DNA of 56,189 bases. Origin: Steroidobacteraceae bacterium. GTDB taxonomy: Bacteria > Pseudomonadota > Gammaproteobacteria > Steroidobacterales > Steroidobacteraceae. Where the stretch lies: NCBI GenBank assembly GCA_035547375.1, contig DASZVD010000105.1, positions 1 through 56,189 of the forward strand. The letters run 5' to 3'. Position 1 is the stretch's first letter; each line of letters starts with the position of its first letter. The notes under the pieces were generated by a model. That model worked only from the letters and a program-made list of their open reading frames with translations, searched no databases and was not told where the DNA came from. Of this stretch, positions 18,309 to 27,592 are shown piece by piece. Position numbers and translations under genes: made by a program.

Positions 18309-19666
18309 CGCACGGCTATTTCCTGCTGGAGGACGAGAAGGAGCGGCAGATCATGAAGCCCTATCCGCCGCTCGGCCTTCTCTATCTGTCCGCCTACCTG
18401 AAGGCGCGGGGAATCGGAGTAGACGTGTACGACAGCACATTCGGCTCCCGGACCGAGCTGTTGGATGTGCTGCGGAGCGCAACCCGCGGGACGATCGGGA
18501 TCTACACGAATCTCATGACACGCCAGAGCGTGCTCGAGATCGTCGCCGCGGCGAAGCAGGCAGACTGGTCGGTCCTTCTCGGAGGCCCCGAAAGCGCCAA
18601 CTATCCGGCGGAGTATCTCGCGAGCGGTGCAGACGTCATCGTCATCGGCGAGGGTGAGGCAACTCTCACTGAGTTACTGGCGGCCCTGCCCGCAGTCGGG
18701 CCACATCAACTCCATCGGGTCGCAGGGATAGCGTTCAAGGACCTGTCCGGACAGGTCGTCCGCACGCCCGAGCGGGCGAAAATTCCGGACCTGGACGCCC
18801 TGCCGCTTCCGGACCGCCAGGCCATCGACCACGGCAAATACCTGGACGCCTGGCGAACCCACCATGGCGCGAGCAGCATCAATCTCATTACCGCCCGCGG
18901 CTGTCCGTACCGGTGCAAGTGGTGCTCGCACGCCGTGTACGGCTATTCGCACCGCAGGCGAAGCCCGGCAAACGTCGCTGCGGAGGTGCAGGGGATCGTC
19001 GATCATTACGATCCTGACCAGCTCTGGTATGCGGATGACGTGTTCACGATCAGTCATCCCTGGATGAAGAGCTACGCGGCGGAGTTGCGCGCCCGGGGCA
19101 TCCACAAACCCTTCGAGACGATCACCAGAGCTGACCGGCTGCAAAGCGAGGCGGCCGTGGAGACGTTGCGTGAGCTGGGATGCTATCGCATATGGATCGG
19201 CTCCGAGAGCGGCAGCCAACGCATCCTGGACGCAATGGAGCGCGGCGTGGAGGTCGAGGAAGTACAGCGGTCGGTCAAGCTCGCCCAACGGTACGGCATT
19301 CAGGTTGGAATGTTCCTGATGTGGGGCTACGAAGGCGAGGAGCTGGAGGATATCGCTGCGACGGTCGAGCACGTGAAGCGCAGCAATCCGGACATCTTCT
19401 TCACGACCGTTGCGTACCCCATCAAGGGCACCCCCTACTTCGACAGTGTGCAGCAGAAAGTGACACTGCCGATTCCCTGGGCGCAAGCGACCGACCGCGA
19501 CTACCGGATCGCCGATCGACGGGGGAAGTCGTATTACGGGCTGGCCGACACCTGGCTGCGTAACGAAGTCGAGGCTGCCCGGCTGGAAGCGAGTGATCCC
19601 CGGCGCGCCGCCGAGCTGCTGGCCGCGGCCCGAAGAGCGAAAAAAGCCCTGGGAGAGCTGGCATGA
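18290..19666 (+). CDS. B12-binding domain radical SAM protein (2 of 3; paralog of the preceding gene)
   Basis: ILLTHGYFLLEDEKERQIMKPYPPLGLLYLSAYL N terminus parallels the upstream gene. Cluster motif CPYRCKWC. It overlaps the upstream gene by 19 nt. Confidence 0.9.
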   Translation: MAHILLTHGYFLLEDEKERQIMKPYPPLGLLYLSAYLKARGIGVDVYDSTFGSRTELLDVLRSATRGTIGIYTNLMTRQSVLEIVAAAKQADWSVLLGGPESANYPAEYLASGADVIVIGEGEATLTELLAALPAVGPHQLHRVAGIAFKDLSGQVVRTPERAKIPDLDALPLPDRQAIDHGKYLDAWRTHHGASSINLITARGCPYRCKWCSHAVYGYSHRRRSPANVAAEVQGIVDHYDPDQLWYADDVFTISHPWMKSYAAELRARGIHKPFETITRADRLQSEAAVETLRELGCYRIWIGSESGSQRILDAMERGVEVEEVQRSVKLAQRYGIQVGMFLMWGYEGEELEDIAATVEHVKRSNPDIFFTTVAYPIKGTPYFDSVQQKVTLPIPWAQATDRDYRIADRRGKSYYGLADTWLRNEVEAARLEASDPRRAAELLAAARRAKKALGELA

Positions 19667-20880
19667 CGGCGACGCCGTCCCGCGCGGCCGTGCAAGGAGC
19701 TTTGCGGGTCACGACCGAGCGACTGGCGGGCGAGCTGGCACGACCGACTCGACAGCGGCCCGACTGGTCGGACTTCGAATGGCGGATCGCCCGTGCCGCG
19801 GCGGCGGTACACGGAGCCTCACCCCTCCTCCGCACGAGGCTGTTGTGGCAAGGCCCGGAAGACTGGCAAAGCTTTTTGGCCTCCCAGAGAGCACACACCG
19901 AGCAACGGCAACACCGCATCGAACAGCTCCTGTGGAGAGTCGATGCGTTGGCTCGGGACGAGGCACTGGGCATCGTAGCGCTGAAGGGGGCGGCGCTCCA
20001 CGGCCTCGGCCTTTACAAGCCAGGCGAGCGGCCCATGGCCGACCTCGACTTGCTCGTCGCACGGCAGGACGTCACGCGTGCCTCGAGTCTCCTCGAGACA
20101 CTCGGCTTCCGACAGACCCTCACTTATTGGCGGCATCGATCCTTCTCGCCTGCCGACACTCGCACTCACACCGAGCTGGGCGAGCATGCCGACAACTACA
20201 TCAAGATCGAGCTGCACGAGCAGCTCAGCGAGAGACTCCCGGTACGGCAGGTCGACGTGTCCGATCTGGTCATGCCGGACGATCCCCGTCCCGGCCTGAA
20301 TCCGTACCGCTCGGGCGCGGCGTTGATGGCGCATCTGCTACTGCACACGGCCGGCTCCATCGTCACTCGCTCTGTGCGGCTCCTGCAATTGCACGACATC
20401 GCCCTGCTGACAGAGCGTCTCACGGAACGGGACTGGTGTGAAATACTCGACTCGAGCGGCAACGAGCGCGACCCGTGGTGGTGGGCTCTGCCGCCCCTCA
20501 TGTTGACAGCGCGCTATTATCCCAACGTTGTCCGGCCCGACATCCTGAAACGCCTCTCGCTCCATTGCCCGCGGCATCTGCGCAAAATCATGCAGGGACG
20601 GACGCTTTCGGACGTGTCTCTGTCCTATCTCACCCTGGAAGCGTTTCCGGGCATCGAATGGGCGCAATCGAGCCGGGAGAGAGCTCGATATGTCAGCCTC
20701 CGCATCCTGCCCAGCGCCGAAATGCTGGCGACCCGCCGATCGCAGGCCCTGACGGAGCCCGGCCTGGCCGGCAATCCGTGGACTCACCTGCGCCAAGGCG
20801 CGCGCATTCTCCATTGGATGGTGCGACGTCCGGCTCGGCCCGCCACGATGTATGCCGTCAATGCGGCACTCTCACAATAG
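19663..20880 (+). CDS. uncharacterised nucleotidyltransferase family protein (NTP_transf_5-like)
   Basis: VALKGAALHGLGLYKPGERPMADLDLLVARQDVTRASSLLETLGF matches the hallmark segment of this family. ATGA overlap with the upstream radical SAM gene. Confidence 0.8.
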   Translation: MTATPSRAAVQGALRVTTERLAGELARPTRQRPDWSDFEWRIARAAAAVHGASPLLRTRLLWQGPEDWQSFLASQRAHTEQRQHRIEQLLWRVDALARDEALGIVALKGAALHGLGLYKPGERPMADLDLLVARQDVTRASSLLETLGFRQTLTYWRHRSFSPADTRTHTELGEHADNYIKIELHEQLSERLPVRQVDVSDLVMPDDPRPGLNPYRSGAALMAHLLLHTAGSIVTRSVRLLQLHDIALLTERLTERDWCEILDSSGNERDPWWWALPPLMLTARYYPNVVRPDILKRLSLHCPRHLRKIMQGRTLSDVSLSYLTLEAFPGIEWAQSSRERARYVSLRILPSAEMLATRRSQALTEPGLAGNPWTHLRQGARILHWMVRRPARPATMYAVNAALSQ

Positions 20881-20919
20881 CGCAGGCCTCTCACGCAGGC
20901 TTCTCACGCAGACCTCTCA
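20881..20919. repeat. 3 x 13-bp tandem repeat filling the gap between convergent stop codons
   Basis: cgcaggcctctca / cgcaggcttctca / cgcagacctctca at 20881-20893, 20894-20906 and 20907-20919. The last copy contains the stop (tca on plus) of the minus-strand GT gene. Confidence 0.9.
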
Positions 20920-22020
20920 CAATGAGACACACCCCCGGTAAATCGCATCGAACTCCCGTGCAGTGTGATCTGCATCCTCGCGACGCGCACGATCAAACGC
21001 CCTCCGCGCCAGGCGCATACGGAGCTCCTCGTCGCTCAAGGCGCTCGCGATAGCCCGGGCAAGGCTCGCAGAATCCCCCACCGGCACCGCCAGCGCGGCG
21101 TTCGGAGACCACTCTGCAACATGGCCCACGGCCGTCCCCACGGTCGGAACACCAACGACGGCCGCCTCCAACATTACAACCGGCCCCGCTTCGTGTCGCG
21201 ATGACAGGACCAGCAGATCGGCACGTTCCAACACCGGGCGCAGCGCACGCTGCGTCATGAATCCGTGGAAAGTGACGCAGGGTGCCAAGCCGAGCCGCTG
21301 CGCAAGGGACTGGATCTCGCCTTGCAGCGTATCCTCTCCCACGACATCCAACAGAAACTCGCATTTCATCGCTCGCAGTGAGCGCAGTGCCCACAGCAAC
21401 GTCGGCTGATCCTTGACGCGATTGAGATTCGCAATATGGATCAGCCGCGCGGGAGCACCCGGCGGGCGTCGTTCCGGCGGCCGTGGCGGCCAGATCTTCA
21501 GATCCACTCCGAGCGGCATCCGTCTGGCCCCCACACCGAGTTGGGATAACGATTCCAGAATGAGGGTGCTCGCCGCCGTGACCACGGTAGCACCGCGAAG
21601 GACGGTCATCTCCCGCAATCGACCGCGCCAGGTGAGTCGCCCGCCGTAGGCGATGTCGCGCAGCGCCGCCAACTCCCCACCGGCGACGTGGACCACACTC
21701 GGAATACCCAACAGACGCGCCGCCGACACGGCCACCAGCCCGGGCAGCCAGGACCAGATGGAGTGAATCAGATCGAACGGCACAGGGCGGGACTGCCGCA
21801 GAATCTCGCGAATCGCCCGCCAACGGGTCCGGTGGGTGCCGATGTTGATGACCTTGGCACCGGCCAGTCGCCACTCTCCAGGCTGAGGCTCCTGGGTGAG
21901 CGCAAAGACGGTGAGATCGTGCTGCGCCGCCAGCCGCTCAACGAGCCCGAGAAGGGCCGGGACGACACGGTATTCTCCCGACCGATCCACGCCGCCCGGC
22001 ACGACCAAGGCAATACGCAT
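20917..22020 (-). CDS. glycosyltransferase family 4 (GT-B fold)
   Basis: MRIALVVPGGVDRSGEYRV... N terminus and C-terminal EAGPVVMLEAAVVGVPTVGTAVG (EX7E-like) motif. ATG 22020 chosen, 4 nt after the upstream stop. Confidence 0.85.
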   Translation of the reverse strand: MRIALVVPGGVDRSGEYRVVPALLGLVERLAAQHDLTVFALTQEPQPGEWRLAGAKVINIGTHRTRWRAIREILRQSRPVPFDLIHSIWSWLPGLVAVSAARLLGIPSVVHVAGGELAALRDIAYGGRLTWRGRLREMTVLRGATVVTAASTLILESLSQLGVGARRMPLGVDLKIWPPRPPERRPPGAPARLIHIANLNRVKDQPTLLWALRSLRAMKCEFLLDVVGEDTLQGEIQSLAQRLGLAPCVTFHGFMTQRALRPVLERADLLVLSSRHEAGPVVMLEAAVVGVPTVGTAVGHVAEWSPNAALAVPVGDSASLARAIASALSDEELRMRLARRAFDRARREDADHTAREFDAIYRGCVSL

Positions 22021-22024
22021 GGGA

Positions 22025-23086
22025 TCACCGCCCGCCCTTCGCGAGCCAGCAGCCTTTCGCGCCCCTTCCGTGCTTCGCGAGCAGCGCGCGCATGAGCGGC
22101 ACGGCCTGCGAAGGATGCGCCCCCCGCGCCAGTTCGTAGGCCGGCAACCGAGCGACACTTTTGCAAAACGCGGACCACTCCGGTCGCGCCGCCGCATAGG
22201 GCTGCGTCGCTTCGAGTCTCGCCAACAGATCTCGACTTTGCAGCCGTCGCAGGGCGGGCTCCGCCCCGGCGTTGTGTGCCGTGGCGAAGACCACCGCCGC
22301 GAGCTTCATCGGTGCTCGAGCCAGACGGGTGCGCGTCCGGCGGACATCGACCTCGAATTTCTCGACGCCGCTGCGCCGGCGGATGACCGGCGACTTTTGC
22401 ACCATCGCGCGCTCCCGTCCCGACAGAAAGCGCAGCGAATCGTCACGGACGTGCAGAAAGTTGCCGACACCGGTCGCCAACAGAGTCTTCGGCTGGACGA
22501 ACACACTGTCCTCGGCAACGAGCTTGAAGTCACCCAGCAGGCAATGAAGCGCCAACGTGGATTTCCCGGCCCCGCTGTCCCCGATCAGCAGCAGACCACG
22601 GCCGCCCTGACCGACACAGGCGGCATGGAGCGGGGTCAACGCCTGCACCCGGGCAGCCAAGGTGAAGACGGCGAACTCGATCAACTCGTAGCGCGCGTGA
22701 TAGGCCGACGAGACGAGCTCAGGCGACACCACCACCAGCGCGGCACGCTCCACGGGCGACAGTGCCACGAAGCTGGCTGAGGCAGTTACGGCTCCCAGCA
22801 GGCCCACGCCGGAGTGAGGCTGCATGGGAGGAGGATCACCTGTCAGTCGCGTTCCGGCGTCATGCTCGCAACGGACGAGCCGGATGCGAATACGGGGCAT
22901 CGTAGCGGACAGGCGGTGTGCCGGCAGGCCGGCGAACGCCCATCTCACCAGCCGCAGCAGCTCCGGGCTGCTGCTCTGAAATTCAAAGCGGGCGCCCAAC
23001 AGGGACAGATCGAGCCGCGCCCCGCCCCGCAGTCGCTCCCCGAACGGATCCGCTGTGGGACCCGAGACGGCGCCGGATGAAGACAT
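22025..23086 (-). CDS. HPr kinase-related P-loop protein (HprK-related kinase-like)
   Basis: GLLLIGDSGAGKSTLALHCL Walker A in an HprK C-terminal-like context. GAGGAG Shine-Dalgarno lies 7 nt before ATG 23086. Confidence 0.75.
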   Translation of the reverse strand: MSSSGAVSGPTADPFGERLRGGARLDLSLLGARFEFQSSSPELLRLVRWAFAGLPAHRLSATMPRIRIRLVRCEHDAGTRLTGDPPPMQPHSGVGLLGAVTASASFVALSPVERAALVVVSPELVSSAYHARYELIEFAVFTLAARVQALTPLHAACVGQGGRGLLLIGDSGAGKSTLALHCLLGDFKLVAEDSVFVQPKTLLATGVGNFLHVRDDSLRFLSGRERAMVQKSPVIRRRSGVEKFEVDVRRTRTRLARAPMKLAAVVFATAHNAGAEPALRRLQSRDLLARLEATQPYAAARPEWSAFCKSVARLPAYELARGAHPSQAVPLMRALLAKHGRGAKGCWLAKGGR

Positions 23087-24098
23087 TCACAGGCTCCTCG
23101 TACGAGACAAATAAGCCAATCGCGATGATCCAGGTCACGACACAGGTGAGACCGGCGGCGAGCGGCCGGCTTCCCAGCGCGGGCAACAGCAACGGCACGC
23201 CGACGTAGTCGATCACCAGGGTGTGCAACAGATAGAAGGAATAGGACGCCCTTCCCAACAGGCGCGCCCAGGGCTGTGACAGGAGTCGGGCCAGCACGGT
23301 GTCTTCCCGGATCAGCCCCCAGTACAGCAAGGCGATCGGCACCGGGATGACGAGGTTATTGATCAGGAGGATCGCGCCGGCGCTGAGCGGCCTGTGCCGG
23401 TAGACGATCACCATCGCCGCGATCAGCATCAACACCAGCACGGACCCCAGGAGCGTGCGCCGGCAACCGGCGACGGACAATGATCCGTGCCGCTCCTGCC
23501 TCATCACCACCAGGGCCAGGAAAACGCCCGCGAAGAACTCCACGAAGTGACCGAAGAACGTAGTCGACAACACGAACGCCGGCGTCCCGAGAAAGGCAAC
23601 GCCCAGACGGGAAACGGCCAGGGCGATGGCTGACAGCACACAGCTCAACACGAATGGGGCCAGGAACCCACCGCGATGCGCCAACAGCATGAGCAGCGGC
23701 GCGAGGAAGTAGAAGCATTCCTCCACCGTAAGAGACCAGCTCGGTGCGATCAGGAGCGGCGTTCCGTGGAACAAAGCGTGTGTCAGCGTGTAGTTCTGCA
23801 CGAGCACCCAAGGCCGCGCGCCCCCGCCAAGAAGGACCGCCGCCGTCAGGAGCAGCGCATACACGGGATAGATCCGAGCGAACCGATTCACGAAGTACTG
23901 CGTCAGCCAGGCGCTTCCGAGCCGCACCCCTTCGTAATACAGACGCACGATCAGGAATCCGCTCAACGCGAAGAAGAAAGCGAGGACATTGAGGGTGATG
24001 TGAAGATCGGGCCAAAGCGGCAGATGGTCGAAAAACACCACGGTCGCGCCCACCGCGCGGACGCCCGTGAGAGCGGGATATTTCTGCGGCACCGCCAT
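22983..24098 (-). CDS. membrane acyltransferase, acyltransferase_3 (OafA/YrhL-like) family
   Basis: YPALTGVRAVGATVVFFDH start and about 10 TM segments typical of the family. ATG 24098 chosen. Its 3' tail overlaps the next gene by 104 nt in another frame. Confidence 0.85.
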   Translation of the reverse strand: MAVPQKYPALTGVRAVGATVVFFDHLPLWPDLHITLNVLAFFFALSGFLIVRLYYEGVRLGSAWLTQYFVNRFARIYPVYALLLTAAVLLGGGARPWVLVQNYTLTHALFHGTPLLIAPSWSLTVEECFYFLAPLLMLLAHRGGFLAPFVLSCVLSAIALAVSRLGVAFLGTPAFVLSTTFFGHFVEFFAGVFLALVVMRQERHGSLSVAGCRRTLLGSVLVLMLIAAMVIVYRHRPLSAGAILLINNLVIPVPIALLYWGLIREDTVLARLLSQPWARLLGRASYSFYLLHTLVIDYVGVPLLLPALGSRPLAAGLTCVVTWIIAIGLFVSYEEPVNVFIRRRLGSHSGSVRGATAGRGAARSVPVGRPL

Positions 24099-24183
24099 TT
24101 CCGTGAGTGGCCGGATGCCGCGCACCGGTTCACCCGCCCGGGCGCGCCGTCGGAAATATTCCCGCGCCTCGCAGCGAGCCGCT

Positions 24184-24861
24184 ATGCTGCCAAGGATGGT
24201 GGCGGGCGATGAGTATGTTGCCGCGATAACCGCGCGGGAGTCCGATCGGCGCACGCGCCGCGCATTCCAGGAGCTGGCACTACGCTCGGCTTCACCCGGC
24301 CGTGACGTGTTCGATTTCGGAGCGGGCCCCGGCATCGATGCCAAGCAGTACGCCGCACATGGCTTGCGGGTTCTGGCTTACGACATCGATCCGCGGATGT
24401 GCGCCTCATTCATACGCCATTGCGGGGCGGAAATCGCGGCGGGCCGGGTGCATCTTTACGAAGGCAACTACCGCGCATTTCTGGAGCGTGTTCCCCACCT
24501 CCGCTCGAGCTTCGATATCGGGCTGGTCACGGCCAACTTCGCGCCCCTCAATCTCGTGGACGACCTGCGAGAACTCTTCGCGGGCCTGCACGCACTCACT
24601 GGACGGCGAGCAAAGCTGGTTGCGAGCGTACTCAACCCCAACTATGTGGGCGATCTGTGCTACCGATGGTGGTGGGCCAATCGGCTGCGATACTGGCGGA
24701 AGGGATCCTTCAGCGTCGCCGGAACGGACATGAGCATCCATCGCCATTCGATCCGCCGCGTCACCGACCTGGCCGCGCCTCACTTCACGCTCGAAGCGGT
24801 GCAGCGTGACTCGAGCCCGCTGGCGCGCCGTTATCTCTTCCTCATTTTCGCCAGACGCTAG
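24184..24861 (+). CDS. class I SAM-dependent methyltransferase
   Basis: VFDFGAGPGIDAKQYAAHGLRVLAYDID motif I/II. ATG 24184 chosen over the longer ORF. Confidence 0.8.
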   Translation: MLPRMVAGDEYVAAITARESDRRTRRAFQELALRSASPGRDVFDFGAGPGIDAKQYAAHGLRVLAYDIDPRMCASFIRHCGAEIAAGRVHLYEGNYRAFLERVPHLRSSFDIGLVTANFAPLNLVDDLRELFAGLHALTGRRAKLVASVLNPNYVGDLCYRWWWANRLRYWRKGSFSVAGTDMSIHRHSIRRVTDLAAPHFTLEAVQRDSSPLARRYLFLIFARR

Positions 24862-24863
24862 TC

Positions 24864-25835
24864 ATGCGACTGCCTCTACCGGACTCCGTCAGGAGCAAGT
24901 TGCGACCCACTCCACAGTGGCTCGCGATATCGCTGCCTCCAGCGGAGCAGGTCGTCACGTTGACACTTGGCATATCAGGCCTGGAATTCGACGTCACCCA
25001 CAACATCGCCGTCGCCGCCCTGCGGCCGTTCACGCTCCGCCTGGGGATGGATTTCGCGATGGCCGCGGCCGTGAGAAGGACTCCGCAACCTTCATTGCGA
25101 CTGATCGATGCAGAGCTGCAGCGGACGATCGGCGTCATGCGCCTCGAACATTCGCGTGACTGGGCGGCGGCGGGTGCCTGCATTGGTCTGTTCACCATCC
25201 GTGAAGCGCAGCACCGCTGCACTCCGAGAGCACGTCGGGCTTGGGATACCTGGATGTACGCGCGTGCCGTTCGTAACGTGCCCCGCGAGAGCCTGCTCAT
25301 GCTTCCCGATGCGGTCGAGCAGATGCTGGTGTTCTACCTGCGGCCCAGACCGGTGTGCCTGGTGAGTGTCGACGATGGAGAGCACAGCAACATATTCCCA
25401 ATGGACCTCATCGGGCCCCTGCCCCCTGACCGATTCACTTTGGCCTTGCGCAATACGAGCCCATCGGTGGCGACCATCAAGGCGGCACGGCGGATAGCGG
25501 TGGCGGACCTGCCGGGCACGGCGTGTCGGATCGCCTATCAGCTGGGAGCTCATCACAAACGGGCCCAAGTGGATTGGGACAGCCTTCCCTTCCCTACGCT
25601 GCGCTCACGGGAGTTCGACCTTCCGGTCCCCGCGATGGCGCCCAGAATCCGGGAGATCGAGATCCTGGCCTTTCAAACCATCGGATCGCACACGCTCTTC
25701 GTCGGCTGTGTCCGCTCGGAGATCATCAACGGCGAAAGCACCGAACGACTCTGCCACACGTCCGGAGCACACCAGCGACTGCGCATCCGGTGCAACCGGC
25801 CCTTTCACGAAGCGCTCACTGGCGAGCCCCACTGA
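24864..25835 (+). CDS. flavin reductase-like (FMN-binding split-barrel) domain protein with ~150-aa N-terminal extension
   Basis: The C-terminal half (VCLVSVDDGEHSNIFPMDL...IGSHTLFVGCVRSEI) follows the flavin reductase domain pattern. The N-terminal half is unrecognised. It starts 2 nt after the methyltransferase stop. Confidence 0.55.
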   Translation: MRLPLPDSVRSKLRPTPQWLAISLPPAEQVVTLTLGISGLEFDVTHNIAVAALRPFTLRLGMDFAMAAAVRRTPQPSLRLIDAELQRTIGVMRLEHSRDWAAAGACIGLFTIREAQHRCTPRARRAWDTWMYARAVRNVPRESLLMLPDAVEQMLVFYLRPRPVCLVSVDDGEHSNIFPMDLIGPLPPDRFTLALRNTSPSVATIKAARRIAVADLPGTACRIAYQLGAHHKRAQVDWDSLPFPTLRSREFDLPVPAMAPRIREIEILAFQTIGSHTLFVGCVRSEIINGESTERLCHTSGAHQRLRIRCNRPFHEALTGEPH

Positions 25836-27592
25836 GCGAGGAATTGCCCCGCGGCTCCACGACGGACAATACGCCCGTTGGCAAGCTCGTAGATCACATC
25901 GCAAAGGCGGAGCGCGCTCGGACGATGCGCCACCAGGATCATCGTCTCACCTCGCTCCCGGCATCTGTCCACGAGTAAATCCATGATGGTCCGTTCGGCC
26001 GCCATGTCGAGCGCGCTCGTAGCCTCGTCCATGACCAACACGGAAGCCTCGCGATACAGGGCACGCGCGATTCCAAGCCGCTGCCGCTGTCCGCCGCTCA
26101 ACCATGCTCCGCGTTCTCCGATCAGTTCGTCGTATCCGCGGGGTAGCGTGTCCACATAATTCTCCAACCGTGCCAGCCGAGCCGCGGCCCGCACTTTGTT
26201 CCGGTCGACTCGCGCGGCCGGAACTCCCAGTGCGATGTTTTCAGCAATCGTGGCATCGAGCAAGGCAATGCTCTGCGGAACGTAGGCAATGGACGCCTGC
26301 CACCACGCCCGGTTCCGATCGTCCAGGGCAACTCCGTTCACCTCCACACTGCCTCCCTGAGGCTCGAGCAATCCCACTATGAGGTCGAGCAACGTGGACT
26401 TGCCACAGCCATTCACGCCTACCAGACCGACGACCGCACCCGCCGGAACGTGCAACGTCAAATGGTCCAGCACCGCGGGACGATCCGAGGCGTACGCAAA
26501 CGAAAGCTCCCGCAATAGAAGGTCCGGCGGCCCGGCAGCCTTCGTCATCACGGACGCCGGGCGCTTGCCGGCTCTGCCGCGAGCCGACCTGAGATCGGCG
26601 GCGATGGATTCAAATGCCGGAATCTCGGCACGGATCCTCACCAACGCGGCAAACGCCTCCTGCATCGCGGGGAGGAGCCGGTAAGCGGCGAACCCGATGA
26701 AACTCAACTGCGCCACCCAGGGATCGGCGTCGTTCTGCTGCCGACTGAGATGAAGCGCGATGCTGACCAGCGCACACACCGCGGCGCCCTCGAGAATGTA
26801 CTTGGGACTGTGCGCAATGGTCAGGGTATCGACAATCGTATTGGAGATCGAGCGGCAGTATCGTGCGAACTTCTCCGCGAACGGTCGCTGTGCGTGCAGA
26901 ACGAGCAACTCCTTGATGGCCAGGAAGCTCTCATTGATCACCTGCGTACGCGCCACGTAGTCGCGCGTCTCACTGCGGCCATTGCGCAGCAGACGACCTT
27001 GAACGGCGGTATAGACCGCGAGATAGCACGAGCCAAACCCGACCAGCGTCGCGACCGCGACCCACGGATTGACCCAGATCAGGGACCCGGCAATGAAGGC
27101 AATCGTGACGGCGTTTGCAATGAGGACCAGGCCGCTCCGCAGCACCCCGGCGGTAGCGCGAGTGGTCGCGTGCACGACATTGGAGACGAGTTGCGCACTG
27201 TTCGTCCGCAGGTGAAACGCATAGCTGCGGTGCAGGTAGTCATCGAACAGCTCCGTGTGAAATCGCTCGCCGATGCGCGCGGCAAAGCGGTTCATGGCGC
27301 GCGTGCCGAAAAGGTTGATGCCGCTCGCGAGCACAACGGCGATCACGAAAGCAACGCCCAGCACGACGACGAACCGGCGCTCACTCTCGAAGTGCAATCG
27401 GTCATAAAGCGCCAGAAGGAACGGGTGACGACGCAGGGCTTCCGACTCGGAAAGCACCGTGAAGAATGGCAGAACGGCAGCCACCCCACCCACGGTGGAG
27501 CACGCCATGAGCACGGCGAGTGCCTGCAAGCTGATGAAGACGAGCTTTTGGCGCCGATCGAGGAGTTGCCACACCGACAGGAACGTCCTCAT
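25805..27592 (-). CDS. ABC transporter, fused permease/ATPase exporter (MsbA-like; no peptidase domain)
   Basis: Six-TM N-terminal half. Walker A GVNGCGKST, signature LSGGQRQRLGIARAL, Walker B VLVMDEATSALD. The protein begins directly with the TMD. Confidence 0.9.
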   Translation of the reverse strand: MRTFLSVWQLLDRRQKLVFISLQALAVLMACSTVGGVAAVLPFFTVLSESEALRRHPFLLALYDRLHFESERRFVVVLGVAFVIAVVLASGINLFGTRAMNRFAARIGERFHTELFDDYLHRSYAFHLRTNSAQLVSNVVHATTRATAGVLRSGLVLIANAVTIAFIAGSLIWVNPWVAVATLVGFGSCYLAVYTAVQGRLLRNGRSETRDYVARTQVINESFLAIKELLVLHAQRPFAEKFARYCRSISNTIVDTLTIAHSPKYILEGAAVCALVSIALHLSRQQNDADPWVAQLSFIGFAAYRLLPAMQEAFAALVRIRAEIPAFESIAADLRSARGRAGKRPASVMTKAAGPPDLLLRELSFAYASDRPAVLDHLTLHVPAGAVVGLVGVNGCGKSTLLDLIVGLLEPQGGSVEVNGVALDDRNRAWWQASIAYVPQSIALLDATIAENIALGVPAARVDRNKVRAAARLARLENYVDTLPRGYDELIGERGAWLSGGQRQRLGIARALYREASVLVMDEATSALDMAAERTIMDLLVDRCRERGETMILVAHRPSALRLCDVIYELANGRIVRRGAAGQFLAQWGSPVSAS

